From Planctomycetota bacterium (GTDB taxonomy: Bacteria > Planctomycetota > UBA8108 > UBA1146), in contig CBFIET010000175.1 in assembly GCA_965661685.1 (NCBI GenBank), positions 20,160 through 84,159 of the forward strand: a stretch of 64,000 nt of DNA, read 5' to 3'. Both the position numbers and the translations under genes were made by a program. A model generated the notes under the pieces. It did not search any database, was not told the DNA's origin, and was given only the letters and a program-made list of their open reading frames with translations. Positions 1-8,291 of the stretch are shown piece after piece (within the stretch, counting starts at the first letter, position 1; each line of letters begins with the position of its first letter).

Positions 1-1130
1 ACGTGTGCTCCCTCGCCAGCCCAGGCTTCCTGCTGGACATCCCCCCCGGAAACCACCTCGACGATGGGAAGATCGAATCGCCTGGCAAAGTCCCAGTCGC
101 GCTGGTCGTGACCGGGGACGCACATGATGGCTCCGGTTCCGTATCCCATCAGCACGTAGTCGGCGACCCAGATCGGCATCGACTCGCCGTTGCATGGATT
201 TTTCGCATGAGCACCGGTGAACACGCCGGTCTTCCCCGCATCGGAACCGGACCGCTCGATGTCACTCTTCCTCGCCGCCTCCTGGCAGTACTCGGTGACC
301 GCATCGCGATGTTCATCGTCGACCAGTTCCATGCACAGGGGATGCTCGGGAGACAGAACACAGAATGTAGCTCCGAACAGGGTGTCCGGCCTGGTCGTGA
401 AGATCTCGATCTCGTGATCCGAGTCCTCCACCGCGAAAGTTGCGTCCGCTCCCTCCGATCGTCCGATGCGATCTCGCTGCATCGACTTGATCGATTCGGG
501 AAAATCGACCTCGTCGAGTCCTTCGAGTAACCGGTCTGCGTATGCGGTGATCCGGAGCATCCACTGCTTCATCGGCTGACGCACCACCGCATGGCCGCCA
601 CGCTCACTCTTTCCGTCGATCACCTCGTCATTGGCAAGCACCGTCCCCAGTTCGGGGCACCAGTTGACCATCGCTTCTTCCTGGTAGGCGAGATCCTTCT
701 CCAGCAGCTTCAAGAAGATCCACTGGGTCCAGTGGAAGTATGATGGCTCACAGGTAGAAAACTCACGATCCCAGTCGTAGGAGTATCCCATGGCACGCAA
801 CTGCTTGCTGAAGGTCTCGATGTTCTGGCGGATCGAAACTTCCGGATGTACACCCTGCTCGATGGCGTACTGCTCCGCCGGCAAACCGAAGGCATCAAAG
901 CCCATCGGGTGCAACACATCGAAGCCCTTCATCCGGCGATGGCGTGCGACGATGTCCGTTGCGGTATAGCCTTCGGTATGTCCGACATGGAGACCACTTC
1001 CCGAGGGGTAGGGGAACATGTCGAGAACATAGTACTTGGGCCTATCGGCTCTTTCTCCAGCACGGAACAAACGATGCTGCTCCCAGTGCTGTTGCCATCT
1101 GGATTCGATTTCTTGAGGTCTGTACGCCAT
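1..1130 (-). CDS. leuS: Leucyl-tRNA synthetase, N-terminal ~376 aa. The gene continues beyond the left edge of the window.
   Basis: Not in the ORF track because it runs off the edge. Minus-strand translation from the ATG at 1130..1128 reads [22 protein letters not shown]...[19 protein letters not shown] (HIGH motif) ...[18 protein letters not shown]. It is colinear with E. coli LeuS. The listed ORF 3..530 (+) is antisense to it. Confidence 0.9.
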   Translation of the reverse strand, partial: MAYRPQEIESRWQQHWEQHRLFRAGERADRPKYYVLDMFPYPSGSGLHVGHTEGYTATDIVARHRRMKGFDVLHPMGFDAFGLPAEQYAIEQGVHPEVSIRQNIETFSKQLRAMGYSYDWDREFSTCEPSYFHWTQWIFLKLLEKDLAYQEEAMVNWCPELGTVLANDEVIDGKSERGGHAVVRQPMKQWMLRITAYADRLLEGLDEVDFPESIKSMQRDRIGRSEGADATFAVEDSDHEIEIFTTRPDTLFGATFCVLSPEHPLCMELVDDEHRDAVTEYCQEAARKSDIERSGSDAGKTGVFTGAHAKNPCNGESMPIWVADYVLMGYGTGAIMCVPGHDQRDWDFARRFDLPIVEVVSGGDVQQEAWAGEGAH

Positions 1131-1272
1131 CTACTCCACCTGGCTACGGTCTCGGGTTATGCTGACTCGACTACAATGTGAGTGAGTCTGTTGCCCGGAT
1201 TCTAAGCAACTCCTCGCCATTCGACCACCATGCCTGGAGATTTTGACAACCAGGATCTGAAGGAAAATACAC

Positions 1273-2262
1273 ATGCTGCGCAACATCGCCATGCTTGCAT
1301 CACTTCTGGTCGTGATACCCGGATGCTTGACCCCTGACGAACGAAGTACCGCAACCCGGGACACCTGGGCCATCGCCATCCATGGTGGAGCCGGTGCCAT
1401 CTCCGAGGACGCACCCGCTGAGATCCGCAACGCCTATCTCGAATCCCTTCGATCCGCTCTCACCATCGGCTCCGGAATCTTGCAGAGTGGTGGCTCCGGC
1501 CTCGATGCCGTGGAGCAGGTAATTCGCTACCTCGAGGACGATCCTCTCTTCAATGCCGGGCACGGAGCAGTCTTCAATTCCAAGGGGAATCATGAGCTGG
1601 ACGCATCCATCATGGATGGATCCGATCTTTCCTGCGGTGCTGTTGCGGGAGTTCGAACGGTGCGACACCCCATCACCCTGGCCAGAAAGGTGATGACAGA
1701 CACTCGCCACGTGCTCTTTGCAGGAGAGGGAGCCGAGACCTTTGCGAGTCAGAGCGGTGTCGAGCTGGTCGAGAACTCCTTCTTCTCCACCGATCGCCGT
1801 CGGCAGCAGTGGATCAAGAAGACCCAGCAGAAGAAGGGGACGGTCGGAGTGGCAGTGCTCGATCGCCACGGCCACCTGGCGGCGGGTACCTCTACCGGCG
1901 GCATGACTGACAAGCGCTGGGGACGAGTTGGCGACTCCCCCATCGTCGGAGCCGGTACCTACGCGGATGATCGTGCCTGCGCAGTCTCCTGCACAGGCAC
2001 CGGCGAGGAGTACATTCGACACGCCGTCGCTCATTCCGTCGCCGCTCGCATGATGCTGGCGGGCCAGGATCTACAATCTGCCTGCGATGCGTTGATTCAT
2101 CAGGTACTGCAACCCGATGACGGTGGACTCATCGCCGTCGACCGGTCGGGAAACATCGCGTTTTCCTACAGCACAGGAGGAATGTATCGTGCCGCCGCCA
2201 ATTCGAGCGGACGCTTCGAGGTTGGCATCCATGATGAAATGATGGGAGATCCTGGCTCCTAG
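1273..2262 (+). CDS. iaaA: Plant-type (Ntn-hydrolase) isoaspartyl peptidase / L-asparaginase, predicted lipoprotein
   Basis: 329 aa. Signal peptide with lipobox (LLVVIPGC). Ntn autoprocessing and nucleophile motif KGTVGVAVLD, also GAGTYADD and AVSCTGTGEEYIR, all typical of IaaA / asparaginase 2. Confidence 0.85.
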   Translation: MLRNIAMLASLLVVIPGCLTPDERSTATRDTWAIAIHGGAGAISEDAPAEIRNAYLESLRSALTIGSGILQSGGSGLDAVEQVIRYLEDDPLFNAGHGAVFNSKGNHELDASIMDGSDLSCGAVAGVRTVRHPITLARKVMTDTRHVLFAGEGAETFASQSGVELVENSFFSTDRRRQQWIKKTQQKKGTVGVAVLDRHGHLAAGTSTGGMTDKRWGRVGDSPIVGAGTYADDRACAVSCTGTGEEYIRHAVAHSVAARMMLAGQDLQSACDALIHQVLQPDDGGLIAVDRSGNIAFSYSTGGMYRAAANSSGRFEVGIHDEMMGDPGS

Positions 2263-2362
2263 TTTTCCGCAGCGGTTCTGGAATGGTCGTCAGGATTCCA
2301 TCGATCTCCACTTGCGATGAAGTGAACTCTAAAATCGGCTGTCGTCTCCTTGGTTGAGAGCC
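2259..2362 (-). pseudogene. Relic 3-prime end of a cyanophycinase (S51) gene; only the C-terminal ~33 codons remain
   Basis: Minus-strand frame reads ...HRLSTKETTADFRVHFIASGDRWNPDDHSRTAAEN*. This parallels the C-terminus of the intact S51 gene at 3758..4588 (KETTADFRIHLIGSGQSWKTT...). It contains the 32-nt repeat at 2322..2353. There is no upstream coding continuation. Confidence 0.45.
2322..2353. repeat. 32-nt direct repeat, copy A (gtgaactctaaaatcggctgtcgtctccttgg)
   Basis: Matches 3821..3852 at 31 of 32 positions in the same orientation. Flanks are diverged. Confidence 0.8.
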
Positions 2363-2590
2363 GGTGCCCTCATGTGAGAGATGATCATTGCTGCAGGTGC
2401 TTTGGCATTGACGGCTTGGAGTCCCTGCGCATGCTTCTATAGTAGAGTGTTGCCGTCGGAGTCGCAGGGCCGATTCGCTGCCACCGCCCGACCAAGAATT
2501 GCACGATCAAGAATTGTACAGACTCGAAACGTCAACTCCGTCAGATATGGAGGCCGCAGCATGCGACGCCTTCAAGTAGGGATACATCCC

Positions 2591-3688
2591 ATGAAGCATC
2601 TCAGCTTGGGCTTCTTGATACTTCTCTTCGCAACCTCCTGCGCCGGCCCGCCCGTCGCAGAGCTCTCACACCCTGAGTCCAGCCAACTCTTCGACTTGCT
2701 CGACACCGGTCGGGATGGCTCCCTCTCCCCCTTCGAGGCGCTCGACGCCCTGCTCGTGATCTCGGAGGAGGGCCCCTTGACCCGCGAGACTCTCGGAGCT
2801 TTTTTGAGCGAGTACGCTGAAGAGGAGTTCGCCGACCGCAGGGACTTCTTCGAGATGGGGGACTCGGACGGCGACGGGAGGCTGCTGCTGGACGATCTCC
2901 CCAGTGGATCTACCTCCATGATGTCGAGCCTGGACACCGACGGTGACGGTGCCCTCAGTTGGAGCGAGTTCAGGCTGGCCAATATCGAGACCTCCGAACT
3001 GATGGCGAGAGGTGAGGGAGCGGAGCTCTATGCCGAGCTCGTCGAGGAGATCGGGGAGCCAGTGCGGCTGGAAGGAGCTCCCCTTGACCTCGTCGAGGAG
3101 CTGCGGGAGTTGGATCTCGACGGAAACGGGATCGTCACTCAAGAAGAGACCGTGCAGTTGATCCGTGAGGAGATCGCTGGGGCGACCTTCGAGGTCACAG
3201 GCGAGCTCGCTTTCATGCAAGGAGTGATCGGTGCAACTACTCCTTCGAGTGTGCTTGAGCTCGCTTTCATGAACCCTGAGGTTCGGACCATTGTCCTCAC
3301 CAATATGCCAGGTTCGATGGACGACGTGGCCAACATGCGGGCCGGACGATACATCCGGCAGCTTGGCCTGAACACGCACGTACCGGCGGATAGCGAAGTG
3401 GCCTCTGGCGCAACCGACCTGTTTCTAGCCGGTAGGCATCGCTCCTGTGAGCCGGGCGCACGCTTCGGCATCCACTCTTGGGGTGGAGGTCCTGTGGTAG
3501 CCACGGACCTGCCAAGAGATCATGAAGATCACCTCCTCTACCTGGACTACTACGAGGAGATGGGCATCCCTGCGGAGTTCTACTGGCGAACTCTCTCGGC
3601 GGCCCCAGCTGAGGACATCCACTGGATGACGGAGGAGGAGCTCGAGCGCTTTGGTTTCTTCACGGACGAGAGGCCTGACCTGAAGTAA
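2591..3688 (+). CDS. Secreted lipoprotein with three to four EF-hand Ca-binding loops and a C-terminal domain with possible ClpP/crotonase-like fold
   Basis: Start chosen at MKHLSLGFLILLFATSC (lipobox) rather than the track ORF start 2381. EF-hand loops: DTGRDGSLSPFE, DSDGDGRLLLDD, DTDGDGALSWSE, DLDGNGIVTQEE. The C-terminal segment LTNMPGSMDDVANMRAGRYIRQLG...ASGATDLFLAG resembles the ClpP/SppA fold (low confidence). Confidence 0.7.
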   Translation: MKHLSLGFLILLFATSCAGPPVAELSHPESSQLFDLLDTGRDGSLSPFEALDALLVISEEGPLTRETLGAFLSEYAEEEFADRRDFFEMGDSDGDGRLLLDDLPSGSTSMMSSLDTDGDGALSWSEFRLANIETSELMARGEGAELYAELVEEIGEPVRLEGAPLDLVEELRELDLDGNGIVTQEETVQLIREEIAGATFEVTGELAFMQGVIGATTPSSVLELAFMNPEVRTIVLTNMPGSMDDVANMRAGRYIRQLGLNTHVPADSEVASGATDLFLAGRHRSCEPGARFGIHSWGGGPVVATDLPRDHEDHLLYLDYYEEMGIPAEFYWRTLSAAPAEDIHWMTEEELERFGFFTDERPDLK

Positions 3689-3757
3689 GGCTCCGAGCGG
3701 GGTCGGAGGTTTGCCTCAGAGTTCACATACGAGGCTTGTTGGAGCTTGATCCCATCA

Positions 3758-4588
3758 TTAGTGGTCTCGAACAGAGGACGCAAGCGGAGTCGTTTTCCAG
3801 GACTGGCCGCTACCGATCAGGTGAATTCTAAAATCGGCTGTCGTCTCCTTGGCGGATGATTCCGTCTTTGACTTGCGACCATCGATCACCACCACCGGCC
3901 CCCGGCCGATCACTTGCCAGGAACCATCGGGATCGACGATGACGGCGGTCTGCTCATCGATGCCGACTCCGATCTGATCTGGATGATCGGCGACGGCGGT
4001 GAAGAGGCGCGCCCAGCGCCTTCTGGCGAGGAAATGCTGATCGACGATGACACCGGGCCACAGCCCCAGTCCCTCGACCAGTTCCGTGGTCGATTTGAGC
4101 AACGCCTCCAGTTCTGCCTTGCCGGTGATCATGTGGCGAGACATCACCGCAGCACCGGCGCTGGTTCCGGCAACGATCGTCCCGGCGGCGTGGCTTTTTC
4201 TCATCACCTCGATGAGGCCTCGCTGACGGAACGCCTCCATCAATCGGCTCTGGTCACCACCGACCAGCCAGATCAGGTCTGCCTTCTCCACGGCGATTCG
4301 TGCCGCCTCTGCGTCCTCGGGGATGATCGATACCTGCTCTGCTCCCGATTCGATCCATGCATCTCTGGTCGAAGAGCCGGCATTTTCTCGGGCTGAAGCC
4401 CACGGAACGATGAGGATTCTGGCATCACTTCCCCCCGCCATCTGCAGGGCACGGGGACGAAGGTCTGGCGGAATCGACCCCCCTCCTGCGACGATGAGGA
4501 CTCCTGCGGTGGTAGTTGAAGGAACTGGCTCTTCATGGGGATGCAGGGAAAGAGTAGTGACAAGAATCGACATCATGATCATCTTCAT
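3758..4588 (-). CDS. cphB: Cyanophycinase (peptidase S51, CphB/CphE-like), secreted
   Basis: Start at MKMIMMSILVTTLSL with a GGAGG RBS 5 nt upstream. GTSAGAAVMS serine motif, VIVDQHFLARRRW, IGVGIDEQTAVIVDP...VVVIDGR and C-terminal FRIHLIGSG are all colinear with Synechocystis CphB. An N-terminal signal peptide suggests an extracellular (CphE-type) enzyme. Confidence 0.8.
   Translation of the reverse strand: MKMIMMSILVTTLSLHPHEEPVPSTTTAGVLIVAGGGSIPPDLRPRALQMAGGSDARILIVPWASARENAGSSTRDAWIESGAEQVSIIPEDAEAARIAVEKADLIWLVGGDQSRLMEAFRQRGLIEVMRKSHAAGTIVAGTSAGAAVMSRHMITGKAELEALLKSTTELVEGLGLWPGVIVDQHFLARRRWARLFTAVADHPDQIGVGIDEQTAVIVDPDGSWQVIGRGPVVVIDGRKSKTESSAKETTADFRIHLIGSGQSWKTTPLASSVRDH
3821..3852. 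repeat. 32-nt direct repeat, copy B (gtgaattctaaaatcggctgtcgtctccttgg)
   Basis: Lies inside the 3-prime coding end of the cyanophycinase gene, encoding ...KETTADFRIH... on the minus strand. Confidence 0.8.
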
Positions 4589-4678
4589 CGGGACCTCCAA
4601 GGCGGTATTCTCACCCGTTGACTCACTCCTGTCAGCAGGAGACCTTCATTCAGACCGATGAAGATCAACGGAGGCTCC

Positions 4679-5428
4679 ATGTCGAGAAATATCATCTTTC
4701 TTCTCTCTTCGACGCTGCTACTCCTGACCTGCTGTTCCGGCCCCATCCCGAGGACCGCCATCGCTCAACCGAGTCAGGAGACGCGGGCAGCAGCGGCGGG
4801 CTGGCACGGAGGTCGTCCGTGGATCGATCAACACCTCGACGGAGTGAAGATCGCTGCAGAAGGATCACTCGATCTGATGCTGCTGGGAGATTCCATCACC
4901 CAGTCGTGGGGAGGACCCGGTCGCCAGGTCGGCTCCGCAGCCGCTGCTGTGTTCGAGAAGTGGTTTGGACAGCTGAAGGTAGGAAACCTGGGAATCTCCG
5001 GAGATCGCACCCAGCATCTTCTGTGGCGCATCGAGAATGGCACCCTGCAAGGAGCCGATCCTGCGGTGATCGTCATCCTGATCGGAACCAATAACATCAC
5101 CCATGATCCGCCCGCGCAGATCGCGCAGGGCATCGAGGCAGTGGTACACGCCACCCGACGAGCGGCACCCACTGCCAAGATCCTCCTGCATCCCGTCTTT
5201 CCCCGTGGAAAGACCCCCGAGGATCGTGGCCGCCAGGATGTCGAGGAGACCAATAAACGGATCCAGCAGCTGGCTCGGCTCGACAACCTCGAGATCATCG
5301 ACATGACGGCAGTTTTCCTGGACGCCGACGGCAGCGCCCGCACCGACCTCTACAGGGGAGATTTTCTGCACCTGTCCACCGCAGGATACGAGGCGTGGGC
5401 TGCCGCTCTTGCTCCGCATCTGCAATAA
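4679..5428 (+). CDS. SGNH/GDSL-family hydrolase (lipase/esterase), secreted
   Basis: Start at MSRNIIFLLSSTLLLLTCC with GGAGG 5 nt upstream. The GDSL block is LLGDSITQSWGG. GTNN appears in block III and a DxxH-like motif at the C-terminus. Confidence 0.8.
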   Translation: MSRNIIFLLSSTLLLLTCCSGPIPRTAIAQPSQETRAAAAGWHGGRPWIDQHLDGVKIAAEGSLDLMLLGDSITQSWGGPGRQVGSAAAAVFEKWFGQLKVGNLGISGDRTQHLLWRIENGTLQGADPAVIVILIGTNNITHDPPAQIAQGIEAVVHATRRAAPTAKILLHPVFPRGKTPEDRGRQDVEETNKRIQQLARLDNLEIIDMTAVFLDADGSARTDLYRGDFLHLSTAGYEAWAAALAPHLQ

Positions 5429-5476
5429 CTCTCGGTCCCCAGCGGCAGCAGCAATGACTGACGATGTTTCAAAAAA

Positions 5477-5516
5477 ATAACGCCCCCTCCGGATCGTTCC
5501 GGGGGGGGCGTTATTG
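5477..5516. terminator. Bidirectional rho-independent terminator between convergent genes
   Basis: AATAACGCCCCCTCCGGA-tcgt-TCCGGGGGGGGCGTTATT. This is an 18-bp GC-rich stem with one mismatch and a 4-nt loop, with an A-run on the left and a T-rich run on the right. Confidence 0.8.
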
Positions 5517-5534
5517 AATCAAGCCAGCTGTGGG

Positions 5535-6608
5535 TTAGAGCGGTTGTGGCTCGGGACGAGGCTCGGGACGGGGATTATCTCCTCCGCGTCCTCCACGGCC
5601 ATCGGGACGAGGACGGGGAGGTCTGTCACCACCCTGACCACCACCCTGGCCACCACCGGGCTGAGGTCCAACCTCTTCTCCACCACCACGGCCTCCGCGA
5701 CCACCACCACGTCTACGACGCGGCTGATCGCCACCCTCGCCACCACCGGGCTGGGGTCCGATCTCTTCTCCACCACCACGGCCTCCACGTCTGCGGCGTG
5801 GCTGGTCGCCATCCTGGCCACCACGACCTCGTCGACCCTGGCTCATCTCTTCACGATCGATGATTCCATCTCCGTTGCGATCGAGTGGGCCAAGACGGCG
5901 GCGAAGCCCTTCCGGCAACCCTTCCATCTCTTCACGATCGATGACTCCGTCACCGTTCGGATCGAGTCGTCCGAGTCCGCCACGACCACGCTCAGGAGGT
6001 CCATTCCCATCTCCTGGAGGAGGTCCTCCTTCCGGTGCCGGGCGACGGCGATTCAGCCCCTCGAGCTCTTCCGGAGAGATCACTCCATCGCCATTGCGAT
6101 CGAGTCGACGGCGCATTCCTTCCGGAATGCCCTCGATCTCTTCCTTGTCGATGATTCCATCGCCATTGCGATCAAATCGATCGATCAATCCGCCTCCGCG
6201 ACGACGGTCGGGAGCAGGATTATCTCCTCCCTCTCCACCGGGTTGCGGCCGATTACCACCGCGTCCGAGAACGCCATCGAGTTCTTCTCCAGAGATGATT
6301 CCATCTCCGTTGGTATCAGCACCACCCAGTCGACGGCGCATACTCTCGGGGAGTCCTTCCAGTTCTTCCTTGTCGAGAACCCCATCACCGTTGCGATCGA
6401 GGCGATCGATCAGACTGGAACCACCACGACCACGGCGCCGTGGCGCGGGAGGTGTCGGAGCAGGAGCAGGATCATCGCCTGGAGTAACATCCGGGGGCGT
6501 AGGATGGTCCTCACCGGGAGTAGGGCGAGGTGAGGGAGTGGGTTGAGGATCCTGTGCCAGAACGATGGCTGGCATCAAGATCACCAGGAACAGGGAGAGA
6601 AGACGCAT
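5535..6608 (-). CDS. Secreted repetitive EF-hand-like calcium-binding protein rich in Pro and Gly
   Basis: Start MRLLSLFLVILMPAIVLAQD, with a GGAGG RBS. At least six tandem units of DRNGDG(V/I)(I/L)DxEE(L/M/I)EG(L/I)PExhRRRL are separated by Gly/Pro/Arg-rich linkers. The long plus-strand ORFs across this region are antisense artefacts of the repeats. Confidence 0.75.
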   Translation of the reverse strand: MRLLSLFLVILMPAIVLAQDPQPTPSPRPTPGEDHPTPPDVTPGDDPAPAPTPPAPRRRGRGGSSLIDRLDRNGDGVLDKEELEGLPESMRRRLGGADTNGDGIISGEELDGVLGRGGNRPQPGGEGGDNPAPDRRRGGGLIDRFDRNGDGIIDKEEIEGIPEGMRRRLDRNGDGVISPEELEGLNRRRPAPEGGPPPGDGNGPPERGRGGLGRLDPNGDGVIDREEMEGLPEGLRRRLGPLDRNGDGIIDREEMSQGRRGRGGQDGDQPRRRRGGRGGGEEIGPQPGGGEGGDQPRRRRGGGRGGRGGGEEVGPQPGGGQGGGQGGDRPPRPRPDGRGGRGGDNPRPEPRPEPQPL

Positions 6609-6803
6609 TGTGACCTCCACAAATCGGGGAGTTGATTCAAATGAAACGACTGCAAAAGTCTCCCGATTTCTGATCGCTAATCAGAGCGGATGAGAGATTC
6701 GCCGCCAATGAAGTACTATACACGATCAACCCCGCTCCCCCCTAGTAGTTGCATGCAACCCTGAAAACCCGTGGATTGCAGCAGGATGGACGATTACCGG
6801 CAG

Positions 6804-7793
6804 TTACTGACGGGGTTCTCGGGGCGCCACTTCACAGTCAGCCCATTCGAAGAGAGCCGCCGTCGTCGCCCGGGTCACCGCCGCGAGAAACTCGAAGTCG
6901 ATGGTCTCGATGGTATCGCTGCTGCGATGGTAATGAGGATTTCGAAAATTGGCGGTATCGGTCAACATGATGCCTCTCAATCCCGCCTGCCAGTAAGGGT
7001 AGTGATCGCTCCTGGCCGCATCACCAAAGAAGCCGGCAATCCTGTTGGCGCTGAAGTACTTCAGTTCCGGGACATGTCGATCGGCGCTTCCCTCGAAGAG
7101 ATTTCCGAGTCCACCGGAGCGCATATTTCCGGCGACCAGGATGAAATCTCCAACGTGCGGTATCGAAGCGATGATGGGAATCCTGATCGGAGCATCCTGA
7201 CTATCATCCTCGAAACTCCGGTACCCGATCATCTCCAGATCCAGAATTCCATCGACCTTACGGTCGGGGTCAGCAAGGATGTGCTGAACGTGAGCCTCGC
7301 TGCCGACGAGACCAACCTCTTCCGCAGCGAAGAAACACAATCGGATGGTCCGTTCAGGACGCTGGGCCTGCATCACCCTGGCGATCTCCAGCAATCCCAC
7401 CACACCGGATCCGTTGTCGTCAGCCCCTGGACAATTTCTGACCGAATCGAAGTGCGCGCCTACCTCCACCACGGTGGATCGATCCCGTTGTCCCTCGATC
7501 TCGACGATCAGGTTGAACTGCTCCACACCACGCCATGGTCCCACCGGCTCGCGGATCACCTCGTATCCCATTCCCTGTAGTTGTTCCTCGAGGTAGTTGA
7601 TCGCTCGCACCGTTTGCTGCTGATCTCCGGCATATCTCGGTCCCAGTTCCAGCAACGATTTCAGCTGCTGTTCACAACTACTCGCAGAGATCTCAACGAT
7701 GATCGAATCGATCGCCTCGCGGGTGACAGGAGAGACTGTACAGCCACAGAGAAGCAACAGGCTGAGGACGAATACTCTCGGGCCAGTTCTCAT
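6804..7793 (-). CDS. M28-family zinc aminopeptidase, lipoprotein
   Basis: Start MRTGPRVFVLSLLLLCGC. HFDSV...PGADDNGSGVVGLLEIARV is the M28 metal-binding signature. Its ATG overlaps the folA stop (ATGA). Confidence 0.8.
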   Translation of the reverse strand: MRTGPRVFVLSLLLLCGCTVSPVTREAIDSIIVEISASSCEQQLKSLLELGPRYAGDQQQTVRAINYLEEQLQGMGYEVIREPVGPWRGVEQFNLIVEIEGQRDRSTVVEVGAHFDSVRNCPGADDNGSGVVGLLEIARVMQAQRPERTIRLCFFAAEEVGLVGSEAHVQHILADPDRKVDGILDLEMIGYRSFEDDSQDAPIRIPIIASIPHVGDFILVAGNMRSGGLGNLFEGSADRHVPELKYFSANRIAGFFGDAARSDHYPYWQAGLRGIMLTDTANFRNPHYHRSSDTIETIDFEFLAAVTRATTAALFEWADCEVAPREPRQ

Positions 7794-8290
7794 CGATCGA
7801 TCCCAGCCCGTCTCTCCAGCACCTTGAACACGCAACGGTGGGGATTCTTTTCGTCTGGCGCTCTTTCCTCGCTGGAGATGACCTGCCACTCGAGAGGATC
7901 GAGGGGAGGGAAGAACGTATCTCCTTCAAAATCTCCATCCACCTCGGTGAGGTGACAACGAGTCGCTTCTGACTGGAAGAGAAGATAGATCTCGGCACCA
8001 CCGATGATGAAGATCTCCTCCTCGTTGGCACAAGCCTTCAGCGCATCACTGGATGATCCGAAGCCTTCCACTCCATCCGGCAACATCTCCGGTGTGCGTG
8101 TCAGTACCAGATTACGGCGACCCGGGAGTGGCTTTCCGATGGAATAAAATGTGCGTCGGCCCATGACGATGGGGGAGCCCATCGTTGTTTTCTTGAAGTG
8201 CATCAGGTCCGCAGGAAGATGCCAGGGGATCGTGCCCTGCCGTCCGATGACTCCTCCGGTACCCACAGCAACGATCAGCGTCACTCGCAT
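7790..8290 (-). CDS. folA: Dihydrofolate reductase
   Basis: MRVTLIVAVGTGGVIGRQGTIPWHLPADLMHFKKTTMG...IGGAEIY. This is the classic DHFR N-terminus. The gene sits 1 nt downstream of the thyA stop. Confidence 0.9.
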   Translation of the reverse strand: MRVTLIVAVGTGGVIGRQGTIPWHLPADLMHFKKTTMGSPIVMGRRTFYSIGKPLPGRRNLVLTRTPEMLPDGVEGFGSSSDALKACANEEEIFIIGGAEIYLLFQSEATRCHLTEVDGDFEGDTFFPPLDPLEWQVISSEERAPDEKNPHRCVFKVLERRAGIDR

Positions 8291-8291
8291 A

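Noticed and set aside
3-530. 175-aa plus-strand ORF at the left edge
   Set aside because: It lies entirely antisense to leuS (1..1130, minus), which has an unambiguous HIGH-motif LeuRS translation. It is an open antisense frame typical of high-GC DNA.
2381-2590. N-terminal extension of the EF-hand gene ORF (track start 2381)
   Set aside because: The lipoprotein signal begins at the Met at 2591. The 70 upstream codons are an open frame without a signal or RBS, and they would run across the relic region.
2263-2590. Possible tRNA or ncRNA in the 328-bp gap after iaaA
   Set aside because: No T-loop (GTTCRANYC) or acceptor-stem pattern. The conserved 32-mer is explained as a cphB 3-prime-end relic.
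5514-6546. Long plus-strand ORFs 5514..6533, 5546..5863 and 5860..6546
   Set aside because: They are antisense and alternative frames of the repetitive EF-hand protein gene (5535..6608, minus). Only the minus frame has a signal peptide, an RBS and meaningful EF-hand repeats.
5535-6620. Possible CRISPR-like or short tandem DNA repeats
   Set aside because: The periodicity is in-frame, about 100 to 150 nt, with variable linkers. It encodes EF-hand units. There is no repeat-spacer architecture and there are no cas genes.
6771-7580. 269-aa plus ORF
   Set aside because: Antisense to the M28 peptidase gene, with no recognisable motifs.
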